From Azolla caroliniana (lineage: Eukaryota; Plantae; Polypodiophyta), in NCBI GenBank assembly GCA_043228905.1, contig JBHGNT010000020.1, positions 1,674,001 to 1,738,000 of the forward strand: a stretch of DNA of 64,000 nt, read 5' to 3'. Under the pieces are notes generated by a model that saw only the letters and a program-made list of their open reading frames with translations, ran no database searches and had not been told where the DNA came from. Positions 36,358 to 50,347 of this stretch are shown in pieces (position 1 is the stretch's first letter; the number at the start of each line of letters is the position of its first letter). Position numbers and translations under genes: made by a program.

Positions 36358-38456
36358 CTAATGAGTGCACACTCCCGAGTGCACTGTGGGAGGGGAGCTT
36401 CGGGTGTCGAGGGCAAGTAGAATTGAGTAGGGGGGTTCGTCGGGGGGTGGGTGGCGGCGGAGATGATGGCGAAGATGACGGATGTTCAGTGGTGGTAGCC
36501 TGATTTCCTGCAGTTGGTCGGTTGTTGTGAAGAAATCTTTCTTGGGGCCGGTGAGCCAAGTGCAGGTGTTGTGGCCGGCGAAGGGAGAAGGGGGGTTTCG
36601 ACTAAAGCTTATGTAAGCGGGGAAAAAACGTGTGTCGATCATGGTTTCAAAATCCCGTTTGTAGATTGCGGGGAGTATGTTGACGCGGGTCCAGAGGCCG
36701 ACCAGTTGGCGGCGAGTTGGACCTTTGTTCAAATCGAAGGCAAGGCCCCATGCTGGGTGGTTGTGCCGTTGGAAGGGGGGGGCTTCGTACGGGCCAGAGT
36801 CAAGGAGAATGAGTAGAAGTTGTAGAAAACGAAGGCTGGCTTGAATGTCGAGGTCCGGGACATCGAGGTATGTACGTAGGAATCGTTGCATGACCCGGAT
36901 CATGTCGGGTTCGGCCGGGGATGTGCGCGGGGGTCGGGGGAACAACGGCCAGTTGAATTGAAGGGTGGGTAGGCGTTCCTAGGCAGCGCGAAAATCGGGC
37001 CATGACCAACGACGAGGAAGGGGAAAAAAGGTGGGGTTGGTGCGCAGCTCGGGGGGGGTGGCGGGCGAGCCATTCGCGGAAGGATGTGTGTGCGAACCAA
37101 GGGAGACGCCATGGGGGTTGGGTGCCGGGAGGTTCGAGGAGGGGGTCGGCGACGGGGTGGTGCCACCCGCGAGTGGGGGTGGGGTGTGCGGCGGCCCAAG
37201 TAGACATCTTATCACGGTAAACATGGGGGTAAAGGAAGACGTTGACTTGGGGTTCAGAGGCGACTTCGGGGTAATAGTTGTAGAGGCGGGTGAGGAGGAG
37301 GGGGGTCTCGCAGAAGTCGAACTCCCATGGAATGGGGGCGGCAGACTGATTGTCGAGACGAGTGTCCCAACTGGTACCACTTTCGATGCAATCAAGGGCG
37401 GTTTGGAGGCCGTGGGTGAGTTGGTAGCGGTCGACCAAATCAGCGTAGAAGGCCGCAACGTTGAAGCGGGCGCTCGGGGTGTGGAGTAAGGGAGGTGTAG
37501 TGAAGATGGGGAGGGGTAGTTGTTGGTGGAGCATGAGGTGTGCGAGGGGATGGTTGAAGGGGAGAGCTTTGCAGAGGATGGCCTCCGTGAATGTCCGACC
37601 GGGGTGGGTGACGACCCGTGTGTGGAGGGGGAAAGTGTCGGGTGGTGGGGGGGAAAGGGGGTGAGCCGAGGGGGGTGTGCGAAATGGGTTGTCACCGAAC
37701 ATGGGATGTGTGTGGTCAGGGACGTGGTGCTCACTGAGGTGAGGGTGTGGGGGCGAGTGGTGAGGGGGGAAGGGAGGTGGGCTAGTAGGTGGGGGAGGTG
37801 GTGGAGGTGGAGGGGGGCTTGGAGGTGGGGAGGAGGGAGGGCGAGGGCGAGGAGGTGGCTGGGTGTCAGGTTCATCAGGTGAGTCGTGGTCCCCCTCCAG
37901 GTCGATCTCTAGGGGGGGGAGAAGCAGGGTGCGGGGGTAGGAGGGCACGAGCATGAGCCTCATCGAACATCATGAGTTGATACTCGCAGGAAACGTCGAG
38001 GTATAGGGCTAATTCCGGTATGTCGTCAGCCTCGAGGTCGGTGGACCAGTTGAACGTGGCGTATTCGATGCTGAATATGTGAGTACGAACCCCGATGTCC
38101 CAGGCAGTTTGCCAAGTGCGACTTCGACTTGGTGGATCATGGCGTCTCGTTCATCCTTGAGGGTGGTGATCTCGCTCGTGAGTTGGTGAGTGGTGGCCAT
38201 GGCGGCAGCCAGGGCCTCAGACTGTTCGGAGAGATCAGCCGTCACGGCTGCGAGGCGGGCCTCGGTCAGTTGGTGTTGGGTGGTGAGGCGGATGTACTCG
38301 GCCGAAAGTTTGGCATGTGTTTGCGCAGCGCGTTCCTGGTCGTGGTGCCAAGTTGTCCGAGCTTGTTGGAATTCGTCAGCGAGTTGTTGGTGTCGGGTTT
38401 GCGTTGTCAGGAGTTCTTGCTTGAGGAGGTCGTGGGCGGCTGCTTGGCATGCGTTG
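36358..38456 (-). pseudogene. Gypsy-A extra ORF, C-terminal part (coiled coil, Pro-rich tract, unknown C-terminal domain)
   Basis: ORFs 38009-38245, 36800-37963 and 36358-36945; the frame joins 53347 across the CGTTG TSD. Confidence 0.6.
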
Positions 38457-38834
38457 TGTAGAAAGTAGCGTGTGGAAGCAAGTATGAAGACAGAACAGAG
38501 GAAGGAAACTCAGGTTCAATGGAGAGCTTGGGCTTACACGGTATACGGAGGAGAGACAGAGAGAGAAGACAAAAAACTATATTCAACAATAATACTCAAT
38601 CTGTACATAAGACGTGCTCAGTGAACACTTTTATACAAGCCCTAGAAGGACTGACCGAAGTACTGACAGTACTTCAATGCTCATCAAGAGCCCCTACACT
38701 AACTCCCAAATATATTCCTCACGGAATATCTTTCCTAACGACCTCCCGGTTTACGCACTCGGCCTAACCGATCGGTCTCAACCGATCCGGTCCTCGGCTT
38801 CTTCAGCCGAACCGGCCGATGTTGAGCTTGTCTC

Positions 38835-40492
38835 TCAACACTCCCCCTCAAGCTCAACTCGAGGCTCTTCGGGATCCTCGGGCTCACAACTCCGGTTCCT
38901 CCTGGCTTCACGCCTCGCTCGCGCTCCTCGACCTGTTCGACTCCGCGTGCTTCGACCCTTCCGGTCGGCTTGTCTGCTCATGTGGCCCTCATCAGCTCTT
39001 CTGTTGTTGCGGTGTTGACGCTTCTTCTGCTGCCTTTTCTTCCGCTTGGGCCTCGGTTGATTCAGCGTATCTAAATCAAACATCCGAACCGACTCGGCTA
39101 TCTCCGATCGGTTTTCGCTCTCGTCCGAGTTGGCTGTCTCCAACTCATCTTCGGTCTTCTCGCCCTCGATGCCGTCATCTTCCCCATACGTGGTTGGCTT
39201 CGGCTCTCTCCTTTGGTTGCTCCCCTTCTGTCCGCTTCCGGACTTTTCCGCGGGTCCGCCCTCGGCTTCTTCAGCCGATCCGAAGTCAAACTTGTCAACT
39301 GACTCGGTGTCGCGGTGTCCGCTCCTTTCCTGCTGCCTTGCTTGGTCGTTCGGGACTGTTCTCCCCCTCAAGTTCGGCACGTCAAGGTGACGCAAACCGA
39401 GCGCACCTGAGAATTGCCGCAACTTGTCCAGACCAAGAGGCTTGGTGAAGATGTCGGCAGCCTGCCGATCCGTCGGAACGTACTGAAGTTCGACTTCACC
39501 GGAAAGGACACGCTCACGGACGAAATGGTAGTGCACCTCAATGTGCTTGGTCCGTGCGTGGAAGACGGGGTTCTTCGCGAGTTGGATGTTGCTGAGGTTG
39601 TCGTAGTAGATCGTTGTTGGATCGGTCACCTCCTCTTGCAGGTCCTTAAGTAGCCGCTTCAACCATATGGCTTCGCATGTCGTGACAGCCACTCCTCGGT
39701 ACTCAGCTTCGGTGCTCGACAGAGCAACTGTCGGCTGCTTCTTACTGCACCACGCGATCGCGGCACTCCCGAGGGAGAACGCGTATCCAGACGTGGATCA
39801 GCGATCGGCGGCGTTTCCAGCCCAATCAGCATCGGTGTAGCCGACTAACTACGCGGCTGCACCGGTCCGATATAGCAGTCCCCGGTCCTTAGTGCTGTTG
39901 ACATACCGAAGTATGTGTTGCGCACACTGAAGGTGCTCCTTGGTAGGTCGCGCCATGAACTAACTAATCACTCTGACCGGATAACTGAGGTCGAGTCGGG
40001 TGATGGTCAAGTATATGAGGCTACCGACAATTTGTCGGAACCTCGTCAGGTCTCATACCTTTCCCGTATCGGGACGAAGCTTGACGGTTCTGTCAAGAGG
40101 AGTCGAGACGGACTTACAGTCGGCCATCCCGAGCTTGAAGAGCATACTCAGCACGTAATGACGTTGGCTGATCAATATGCCTTCGGGGGTACGGATCACT
40201 TCGATCCCGAGGAAGTAATGAAGGTCCCCCAGATCCTTCATGTCGAACGATGCCGCAAGCTGGAGCTTCACGCGGTCGATTTCACCGAGGTCGGCACCGA
40301 TGATGACCAAGTCATCAACATATAGTAATATACTAACCGGTCCGAGTCGACCTTTCTGGATGAATAGGGAAGAGTCCGATTTTGACGTGACGAAGCCCAT
40401 CCGACGCAATTGTTGCTTGATCTTCGCGTTCCAAGCACGCGGAGCTTGCTTCAGTCCGTAAAGTGCCACCCCTTGGCCGCGACTACTGCTAG
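38835..40492 (-). pseudogene. Copia-3 RT C-terminus, RNase H and charged C-terminal extension
   Basis: [42 protein letters not shown]. Confidence 0.9.
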
Positions 40493-40967
40493 CAAAATGT
40501 TATTCTCTGACCGGACAAGGCCTAACACAAGGTGTCACGGAGACACTTCACCAAAGGGTGATTACGGCATAGGATTAAGATTCAACGATTACACCGACTT
40601 ACGTAGGTTACACGATTAGAGTGCTTTGGTTAATTACACGCGTAAGATATCACAGTACGTACAGAACGGAAATCAACACAGAAGTATAACACCATATGCT
40701 CTATTAATTATCCGCTGCGATTACAATGGGGTCCGGGCCTTTAAATAGGTTTCCGGCCCGTAGTACAAAACGGTGCATATCGCACCTATTCGGGATCCGT
40801 CCGGATCTGGAACGGCATACCGTTTCCAGTCCGTCCGTCCATACTATGCTTATTTACAACCATACTTAATTAATTCCTTCACTCCGTATTTTGGACTCCT
40901 TGCCGGCCGGTAACACATGGCACGCCCGTGGGACAGTACCTTGTACGTCGAACCCTTCTCGGCCCCT

Positions 40968-43834
40968 TCATTGTTCACCCAAATTGTCCAAAATACTTTG
41001 TTCCAGAGTTTCCACTTGTTCTTCCGGTTGTGGTTGCTGCGGCTGTGCTTGCTGCTGTTGCTATGGTTGCGGTTGGGACTGAGGCTGTTCCGGCTCTCTA
41101 TAGGCGGCTGCTCCGTTTGTTTCTCTGACTCCGGCTGCTCCGTTTGTCTCTCTGACTCCGGCATCTCCGTTTGACTGCTTCCGGTCCGGTCTCCTTCCAG
41201 TAACGGTTCCTCATCACTGAGATTGACCGTTAGTGGTTCTCGTGCTTTCTCTTCCCGGATCCGGGACCTCTCGTAGCTTTCAAACTGGATCTGCGCCTCC
41301 AGCCTGTCGTCGTCCAGCTGAGCTACAAGTTGCCGGACTTGCCCTAGTTGGTCCTTTTCCAAGGCTTGAAAGTCTTCGGCCAGCTCATCTCTTATGCCGG
41401 TGAAGTCTTCGGAAGTCAGCATATAGCAATCATCTCCCTCCTTTCGCCGGTTCTCTACGTCGGCTCGGAGCAATTGGAGTTCCGCCGCGTTCGTGGCCCA
41501 CTTGGTCCACCATTTGACGGAACCGTTGTCAATCAAGCTCTTGGTCTGGTTCAACCAGGCCCGCATGATATCCTGGATGCGACTTGCTCCCATTTGCGCT
41601 CTACTTTCCACAACTTGTCGTTCCTCCTTCAACTCCTTAATGAGATTAGCCGTATCCTCCGCCTGCTCTCTGTAGCGCGTCAGCTGCCCTTGATATGTTG
41701 TTTGCAGCCTCTGCAGTACCTCCGACGCTCTTTCTTTTTCCGCCTGCTATTGCATGAGGAGCTCTGTCCGAACCTTCTCCGCCTCTTCCAACCGTCTTCT
41801 GGTTTCCGCTTGTTCCTTAGCGTATGCCGTTGCGGTCCGATCAACTGCTTGCCGGAGCTCATCTGTCCGTTCCTTGTGCTCCGTTTGCAACCGTTTATAC
41901 TCCCGGTGCAAGTGCTCAAATTCCTCCGTTTTTTGTTTGAGCTTGCCGTTGATATGGCGATGGTTCCGGTCCTCCCGGTCCTTTACCTGCCGGAGTTCCT
42001 CTTTCAGGCGCTCTACTTCTGTTTCGGCGTTTCTCCGGAGCCTGTCCTTCTCTTGCAGCATTTTCTCCTTCTCCTCCTTGAGCCGGTCGTACGCTTGGTG
42101 GCCTTTTCGTAAGCTCTCCTCAGCCCGGCGTAGATTCTCAGCAGTCTTTTTGAGTTCTGCCTCCGCTGCCGTCTTCAACTCTCTTTCGCGGCTCCTCAGC
42201 GCTTCTTGGGCAGCTAGCTCATCCTTTAAGTCCGCAAGCTCTTGGGCTTGTGCCGCATTTCTCTTCGGAACGGTTTCCGTTGCCGGGGTCTGATTGCTAT
42301 GTACAGGTTGATATGACGCTTTATTCTGTACATTGCCCGGAGTCACCGGTGCTTGGACTTGTGTTGTCAAAGCCAATTGAGCCATTTCCCTTGTGACCCT
42401 GTCCAAGTCTTGTTCAAGGCTCCGGATTCTGGACCGGGCCGTCTCTAGATCTACGGTTGTGACGAGCAACCGTTCGTGGTGCGCTCTCTCCTCCGCCTCT
42501 ATGTACTCGACCACTCCGGCGATCTGCTCGCCTACCCACCGTAGCCACATGATACTGGTGCCTTGCTGCTGTACTGGTCGGGTCGGCTCGTTCACTGTGG
42601 AATTGTCTGGCCTGAGTGCCTGTATCTGCCGTTCTGGTTCTACTCCTTGGCCGCCGTGTGTGCTGGCTGGGCTCGCCGGCTGTTGAGTTCCGGTTCTCGC
42701 CGTCTCTGGAGCCGTTGGAATGACTTCTTCTATAGAAGTCGACAAGGCCGGTTCCATACGCACCGGTTCCGGTTCCTCCCTTGTGGTTTGCTCAGGTTGA
42801 GTTGGGGGCGTTTCTTCCTCTTGCGGGTACGAACGCTCCCCCGCTGTCCCGGCGGTCCTACTTCTTGACCGTCGTTGGAGGTGCTCTTCTGGCTCCTCCG
42901 TTTCCTCTTCCTGGGTAACGGCATGTTTCTGTGCGCTCAAGGGTTCCGGTTCCTTCTGTCCCGGTCGCCGTATGGTTATCTTAACGGGTCCCACCGGTGA
43001 CACCTCCTCCGGTTCTGCGAGCCGTTTCTTCCCTTTCGTCGCCTTTGACGCCAGCAGCTGCTGTCGTTTGGACGCGGGTTTTGAAGTGCTTCCTTCCGAT
43101 AATCTTGGCCGCTTCTTTGGTTGAACGGTCTCGACCGGCGGCACGAGCAATGTTATCCACTGAGCTACGGCATGCCACAGTTTCCGGCCCTCCTTGCCGT
43201 CCTTCCCTCGTACCATGTCGATTGCCGCGCACAAACCGTCTGCAATCAACACCGGCCAGTTCACCTTGATCCCTTCATAGGTGGCTATGATCATCCCTGC
43301 CCGATTTTTTGGCATGATAGGGTGTCGGGGGTACACGTGGCCGTACTCATGGAGCACTCGAGCTATCTCCCTGAATAGCGGATCTTCGCCGCCCTGCGTT
43401 GGATAGCCTTTGCCGGCAACAGAGTACTCACCGAAATATCGGATGAGTTGCTCCGAGGTTGGGTTATCAATCTGAAAAATACCTCCCTCCGGAAGGCCTG
43501 TTAGCGCACAGATCGCTTCCTCGGTGATGACTTCCATGTCGACCTCCTTGATGACCCGGTCGGCTTCTTTGTGCGGTGGTGCCTCCATGATAGTCAAGAA
43601 CCCATCTAGTCCGTGTTGCCTGAACCATTTCCTGGCCGCTTCCGACAGCGTTTGTGGTTCCATGTCTGCTTCGAGGTCGAGGAAAGATGGCGAGGTAGAG
43701 TGGTGATGAGAGTGAGAGCGAGAGAGAGAACGTTCCGAACGTGGGGGTTCTCTGAGTGCAGTATCGCGTTTGCTAAGCTTCCACTGCCTTGGTGCTTCTG
43801 TGCTTCTTGGCTCGCGAAAGAAAAAGGTCTCCAT
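40968..43834 (-). pseudogene. Gypsy-B extra 3' ORF (plant-transposon-protein-like N-domain plus long coiled coil); stop at 41747 and frameshift near 41095
   Basis: ORFs 41747-43834 and 40850-41632; aligns with 59817-62684. Confidence 0.8.
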
Positions 43835-44037
43835 GCGTTTATTCTTTTTCTCTGTGCGTCTTGGTGCCTTTTTCGAGCATGCACACGTCGTGTACCAATT
43901 TCGTATTAAGTAGCGTGGCGGCTCTTAAATGCCCACTTCGTACCTTTTCGCTCCTTGCTTTCACGTCCGTTCATACCTCGATTTTTAATGATTTTTTTTT
44001 TTTTTTTTTTTTAAATTTTAAATGACGGTATGTGATC

Positions 44038-47000
44038 TTACACATCCGTAGGTCCCTTCGGACCCTTACCGTTTTCCTTACGGGTTGCCGTGTCTTCCTT
44101 CGCCTCTGCTACGGGTTCCCCGTCGTCTTTTTCTTCCATCCGTACCGTTCCCGGTATAGTGCCGATGGGCTGCATAAACGGGTTCTTTGGCATCGGTCCT
44201 TTATAGGGCTTTAGTCTAAATCCGTTGACCCACTTGCCTAGCACTTCACCGCCAAGTGTCCCTAACTGATAGGACCCGTTGTATTCCCGTGTCAGCCAAT
44301 ACGGGCCTGTCCATCTAAACCGGAGTTTACCCGGCATCTTGCCCATCCTTGTTTGGAATACTAGCACCGGCTTTCCGATTTCGAACATCTTTTCATTACC
44401 TTTCCGGTGACGGTCAACGAACGCTTTCCGTCGTCGTTGCTCCAGTTCCATGTGTAGGATGCTGGCCAGCCGTTGCTCCTCCAACTCGCATAGTGCTGCT
44501 AGCCGCATTTCCTCCGACTCCTTTTCATTCAGCCGTTCCCGTAGTTGGATCCGTAAGCTTAGTACCTGAAATTCCACCGGCATGACCGCCTCTAAGCCGA
44601 ACGCTAACCGGAACGGCGTTGTCCGGATACTTGTTTTGTATGCCGTTCAGTACGCCCATAGCGCGCTATGGAGCTTTGTATCCCAGTCCGTCCGGTTTTC
44701 ATTGACGATTTTGCGGAGAATGTTCTGCAGCGTTTTGTTGGTGGACTCTGCTAACCCGTTCGCTTGTGGGTAGTACGGTGTGCTCCGTTTATGGACCACG
44801 GCATAGAACGTTGTTAAGCTTTCAACTACCTGGCCGAGGAAGTGCCCTCCTTGGTCGCTGATTAATTCAATCGGACATCCATATCGGCACCAAATGTTCT
44901 CGTACAGGAATTTTGCTGTGGATGACGCGGTATTGTCTCTCAAGGCCTTAGCCTCCACCCATTTAGTGCAATAATCTGTTGCCACGATGACATAACGATT
45001 ACCCGTTCTCATTGCCGGTGGCTTGAACGGTCCGACAAAATCCAACCCCCACTTCTGGAATGGCTCTAGTGGCAGTACCGGTTGGTGTGGCATCCGTGCT
45101 TGCTCCGTAGGCTGGCCCATTCGTTGGCATAGGTCACATTCCTTAGCATACTTGACGGCGTCTTTTAACGTCGTGGGCCACCATAAGCCGCTCTGCCATA
45201 CCTTCCTTGCCGTCGCTTCCCCGGCATAGTATCCTCCGGCAACCCCACAGTGTGCTTCCCGTAAGATTACTTGTTTCTCGTCACTGCGGACTGCCCGTCT
45301 CCATATTCCATCTGCTCCTTTGTGGTAGAGAGTGTCCCGTAACAGACAGAAATTACGGCTCTGCACCGCCAGTCGTTTCCTCTCGTCCCGGTTCATTTCC
45401 TCCGGTGGCAGGCCCGTGCTTAGGAACTGGTGCATGTTTGTCAGCCACCTATCTTCTGATGCCACCATGTCGTCCGCTGCCGTTTCCGGGGTGATACGGA
45501 ATAACTCTGCGTCCGGGAATTCATCCGATACTCCGTCGCCTGATTCTCCGGACTCTAACCGGCTCAGGTAGTCTGCTACGGCATGCTGGATACCGAGCCG
45601 GTGGAAGATCTCGAATTCGAACTCCTGCAACAGCAAGGTCCAACGGGCCAACTTACCGGTCAGGGACGCCTTGGACACTAAGTACAGGAGCGTCGAGTGA
45701 TCCACATGAAAGGAGAACTTCCTTCCCAATAGGTAATGCCGAAACTTTGTGACACTGTAGATCATGCCCAGGGCCTCCCGTTCCGTCGTCGAATAGTTCT
45801 TCTCCGCTTGGGACAGCTTCCGGCTGGCGTAATATACCGGCCGGTACCATTTAGGCTCCGTAAGTTGCATTAAGGCGCTGCCAATAGCGATGTCGGAAGC
45901 GTCCACGAACACATGAAATTCCTTGCTCCAATCCGGAGGCTGCACGACGGGTGCTTGCGACAAAAGTACCTTCAGGGCATTGTATGCCTTATCCTCCGTA
46001 TCCGTCCATTGGAACGGTGTCCGATGTACCGCGGTGTGTAATGGTGTAGCCAAGTCAGCCAAGTGACGGAGCATCCGGCTTTGCCACCGGATCTGTCCTA
46101 AGAATCGGCTTAGTGCTTTGGCCGTTTTCGGCGCCGGTGCCCCTAGTATCGCGTTTACTTTGTCCGGGTCGACCGCAATGCCCTCCTTACTTACAATGTG
46201 TTCCAGTAAGATTCCACTTGAAACTCCAAAGATGCATTTTCTGGGTTTAAGCTTAGCCGGTATAACCTACACTTTTCAAGGCATAACCGTAGGTGCTGCA
46301 AATGGTCTTTTCCCCGGCTATAGACTGCAAAATCATCCAGGAAAACCTGCATGAAGGCAGGAATGTATTCGCCGAAGATCTCCATGATGATTCGCTGGAA
46401 AGTTGCTGGTGCCGTTTTTAGGCCGAACATCATTACTTCGGCCACAAATACCCCCCATTCGGTGACGAACGCTGTCTTCTCCTGGTCGTCAGGGTGCATC
46501 CGGATTTGATTGTATCCGCTGAACCCGTCTAGAAAGCTATAAACTTCATGGCCGGCGACGGCATCCAGTACTCCATCCGTGAACGGAAGAGGGAATGCAT
46601 CCGTAATTGTGGCTGCATTTAGTTTCCTGTAATCTACACACACGCGGATTTTACCGTTCTTCTTTGGGACGACGACGATGGGGCTCAGCCACGTCGCTTT
46701 CTTTACCGGCCGGATGAAGCCCACTCTTAGGAGTTTGTCGATTTCCTCCTTCACTTTGGCGGCGTAGTTGGGGTTCATTCGGTAACGTCGTTGCGCCACT
46801 GGTTTCGCGTCCTTGCCTAAGTGGATCTGATGCTGATATAATTGAGGGTCCAGCCCTCGCATGTCTTCGTATGACCAGGCGAATACGTCGCGAAACTCCG
46901 TGAGAAGTTTGATCATCGCCGCTTTATCTTCCGGCTTCATTTCTTTGGCGATGTGTACCGGCTTTGATTCATCCTTGCTTCCTAGGTTCACTTCGTCGAG

Positions 47001-49871
47001 CTGGGATGTTTTTACCCGTTGGGAAACGGCCATTTCTCGTTCCAACGCTTCCTGTGCTTGCCGTAATTCCCGAATCGAATCTTTGTCTGGTTCGGCTTCG
47101 GTTTCGTCCCGCTGCGGCAAGTATGGCGCTACGGCCTCAGCTACGTCAATCTCGAAGAGTGGTACGATCTTCGGGTGTTCCTCCAAGTACTGGGCTTCTT
47201 CGTCGTCTGCCAACCCTTCAAGCATGTTCACGCATTCCGCATATAGCGGTGTGCATTCCTTACCGTTGCTCGTCCGTGGTTGTGTCGGTACCCGGACCTT
47301 GGCTTTTCCGCGCCGGAAGGTAATCATATTTTTCCGCCAATTTTGCTTGATGTGTGCTGTTTTCAACCATGGTCTGCCCAGCAACAGTGGGTACGCGCCT
47401 TGCGCCTGTAGCTGCAGCACTACAGCCGAGATGTGAAATGTGTGACCTCCTATGGTGACCTCCAATTTCCGTATTAAGCCCGTCGGCCGTACAGAGCTCG
47501 TATCCGCCATCCGTAGCCAGAACGGACATGGCTCCCATTCATGTATACCCAAGGCATCACACGTGCGGAGGCTTATTACGTTCACCCCGGAACCTCCATC
47601 GATTACTGTGCCGTGAAGTTCGTGCCCTTTGACAATAGCTGTAATCACCGGACTACTAGTGTCCACCACCGTCGGTCCCTCCTCCGGATTCGAGAAAAGG
47701 ACTGGTGCCGGTGGGGCTATACCGTCTGTCATGACCGTTTTTAGTCCTTCCGTAAATCGCGGCACGAGCTGTAAGAGTCTTCCTAATGGCAACGTGATCT
47801 GACATTCTTGCAGTGCTTGCCATGTCTCGTTTTCTGGGTGGCTACCGCCGGCACTCCCTATGGTATCCGCCTTTTGCCGTTCCGCGTCCGCGACGTTCCT
47901 TTCATTGGCTTCCTTCACCCATTCCGTCGCCTGTTTTCGTATGGCCTCTTGTGTTTCCCACTCTTTGGCCATGCCTTTCGACCGTGTGGTTACTTGCTGT
48001 ATATCCGCCACTTCCGGAACCACCATATTAACTGCTGGTCGTTTATCGTAGCTCTTTGCCGGGCACTGGTTACTGTAGTGGCCTTCCTGCTTGCAGTAGT
48101 AGCAGTACTCTTTCCGGGTATTGCTGGATTCGGCATTGCTGGTAGCCAGAGTCGGTCCCGTAGTGAGTGGTGCGTTCTGTGCCGGTTGGCTCCTTGGGGT
48201 TCCATGTTCCGGGTCCCTAGGGTGACCACCTTTCTTGAAATTACGTTTCTTATTATTCTTATTTTTATTTCGGTAGTCCTGTCGTGGTGGATCGTAAAAT
48301 CGGCCGTAGTCCTCATGGTGCCTTCGGTAACCAGGGGAATGGTCTCTGTCGTATTGCTCGTGTCGTCTGTTGGGCTCCCGATAACGGTCCGATCGCTCAT
48401 ACCGGTCGTAGTTATCATGCCGATCCCCGTACCGGCCATCATTCTCTTGTCTGTCTCCGTACCGGACATCCTGTGCCGGTCGGTACCGGTTCATTTTTTG
48501 CCAACGATCTTCATCTTCGTCTCGGCTGCTTCTTGGCTCGATCCGTCGGACGGGTGGTGCTTGTCGGTTTAGCAGGTTATACTCGCACCGGTCCGTTGTA
48601 TGACTCTTGGATTGACAAATCACACACTGGGTTCGCATGGTGCACTCCACTGCCGAGTGTCCGGCATTCAAGCAGATTGTGCATTGAATTGCCTGCCGGA
48701 ACCGGAGATCTTCCTCGGTGGGTAACGCCCGTTGCAGTGTTCCCAGTGTAAGCCATGAGCGTGACTTTTCCATTTCTCTGACCCGGTCAATGACCTGGTC
48801 AATGGTGCTTCCTCGAAAGTCGATTACCGTACACACCGTGCGTAACGGTTCCCGGAGTGCGTTTAAAAATATCGTCCGTAATTCCTCCTCCGGAGGTGCA
48901 CGGGCAAGCTGGCTATGCATTCGTTGGAAACGGATGACGAATTGGGGAATGCTTTCCCCTGCCTCCTGTCGGATCGTATAAAACAGGCCCACCATTGTTG
49001 TCTGGTCGACCTCCTTGTGGAAAAAATGCAAGAATTTTGCTTTTAATTCTGCAAAGGTTGTGATGGTCGCCGGGTCCTGCGTCCGCCGCCATCGTGTCGC
49101 TGGTCCTTCCAACGTGACCCCGAATTCCGCTATCTTCGAGCGTTCTTCTTCCTCCGGTGTCATTCGCTGGGACGTGTGATTTGCTTCCCATGTCTGCTCG
49201 AAGGCATGAACATGCGCTTCCGCGTCCGGATCATCGCGATACTTTGAGTATTGGAACGGCATGTCGTCGTCCAATATTAGGCCGTGGTTTAGTGGCGTTT
49301 GTTGATATCTTTCCGGTTTTCTCTCCGGTTCCACTTCCGGTTGTTTTGCCGGTGCTTTTTCCGGCTCGTCTTCCGGTACCTTCGCCGGCTCTTTCGTTGG
49401 TGTCGGTGGCTTTGCTTCTTCCACTTCCGGTGTTGGTGGGTTGACGGCTTCCGTTTGCGGTTCGGGATAGCCCTGGTCGAGCAGTTCCGGTTCTGGAGTC
49501 GGCACGGTATCCGACCCGTCATCCTCCGGGCCGCCGGGGGTATCGTTGCTGCTCCGGTAGTTCGTGTGCACGCTGTATCCCCTTTCGGAATCCGATTCGT
49601 AGGCTGAAAAGGCTTCTGCCTCGTTTTCTCCGCTTGCCAGCGCCTCGAGGAGGCGTTCGGTTTCCCGGAGACTACTTAGACTGCTTCCGTCGTCCTGGTC
49701 GCAAGTTTGCTGTAACCGAAGAGATTCCTCCGCGACTCTCCGGATCTCGTTGGAGAACGAACGATCCGAGCGAATTTCGTGCGCTGCTTGCTGGAAAGTC
49801 TCACGCCGTCTTTGCCGTTCGGCGAGGCGTCGAGCTCGGTCTGTAACCAGGTCGTGCGTTGGTCTCGTCAT
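44038..49871 (-). pseudogene. Gypsy-B gag-pol (Gag, three CCHC knuckles, PR IDGGSG, RT, RH, INT with GPY/F); frameshift near 46237 and stop at 44647
   Basis: KIRVCVDYRKLN, LDGFSGYNQI, FLDDF, VDASDIAIG, WGLDFVGP, SDQGGHF, WTGPY. Confidence 0.95.
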
Positions 49872-50347
49872 CCATTAAGCCGTCGTTCGCTGCGGGAAAG
49901 CAGGAATCGTGGTCGCCAAAACTGTGTTATTCTCTGACCGGACAAGGCCTAACACAAGGTGTCACGGAGACACTTCACCAAAGGGTGATTACGGCATAGG
50001 ATTAAGATTCAACGATTACACCGACTTACGTAGGTTACACGATTAGAGTGCTTTGTTTAATTACACGCGTAAGATATCACAGTACGTACAGAACGGAAAT
50101 CAACACAGAAGTATAACACCATATGCTCTATTAATTATCCGCTGCGATTACAATGGAGTCCGGGCCTTTAAATAGGTTTCCGGCCCGTAGTACAAAACGG
50201 TGCATATCGCACCTATTCGGGATCCGTCCGGATCTGGAACGGCATACCGTTTCCAGTCCGTCCGTCCATACTATGCTTATTTACAACCATACTTAATTAA
50301 TTCCTTCACTCCGTATTTTGGACTCCTTGCCGGCCGGTAACACAAAA

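Larger units (their letters stand above)
40498..50342 (-). mobile_element. Full-length Tat/Athila-group Gypsy 'Gypsy-B' copy 1
   Basis: Near-identical 418-bp LTRs at 40498-40915 and 49925-50342; TSD CAAAA; PBS TGGCGACCAC (rc 49909-49918, tRNA-Arg-like). Confidence 0.96.

Noticed and set aside
41348-42293. Long antisense ORFs in Gypsy-B (also 60198-61143)
   Set aside because: Shadow frames of the Glu/Arg/Lys-rich coiled-coil ORF; their conservation is explained by the recent common origin of the two copies.
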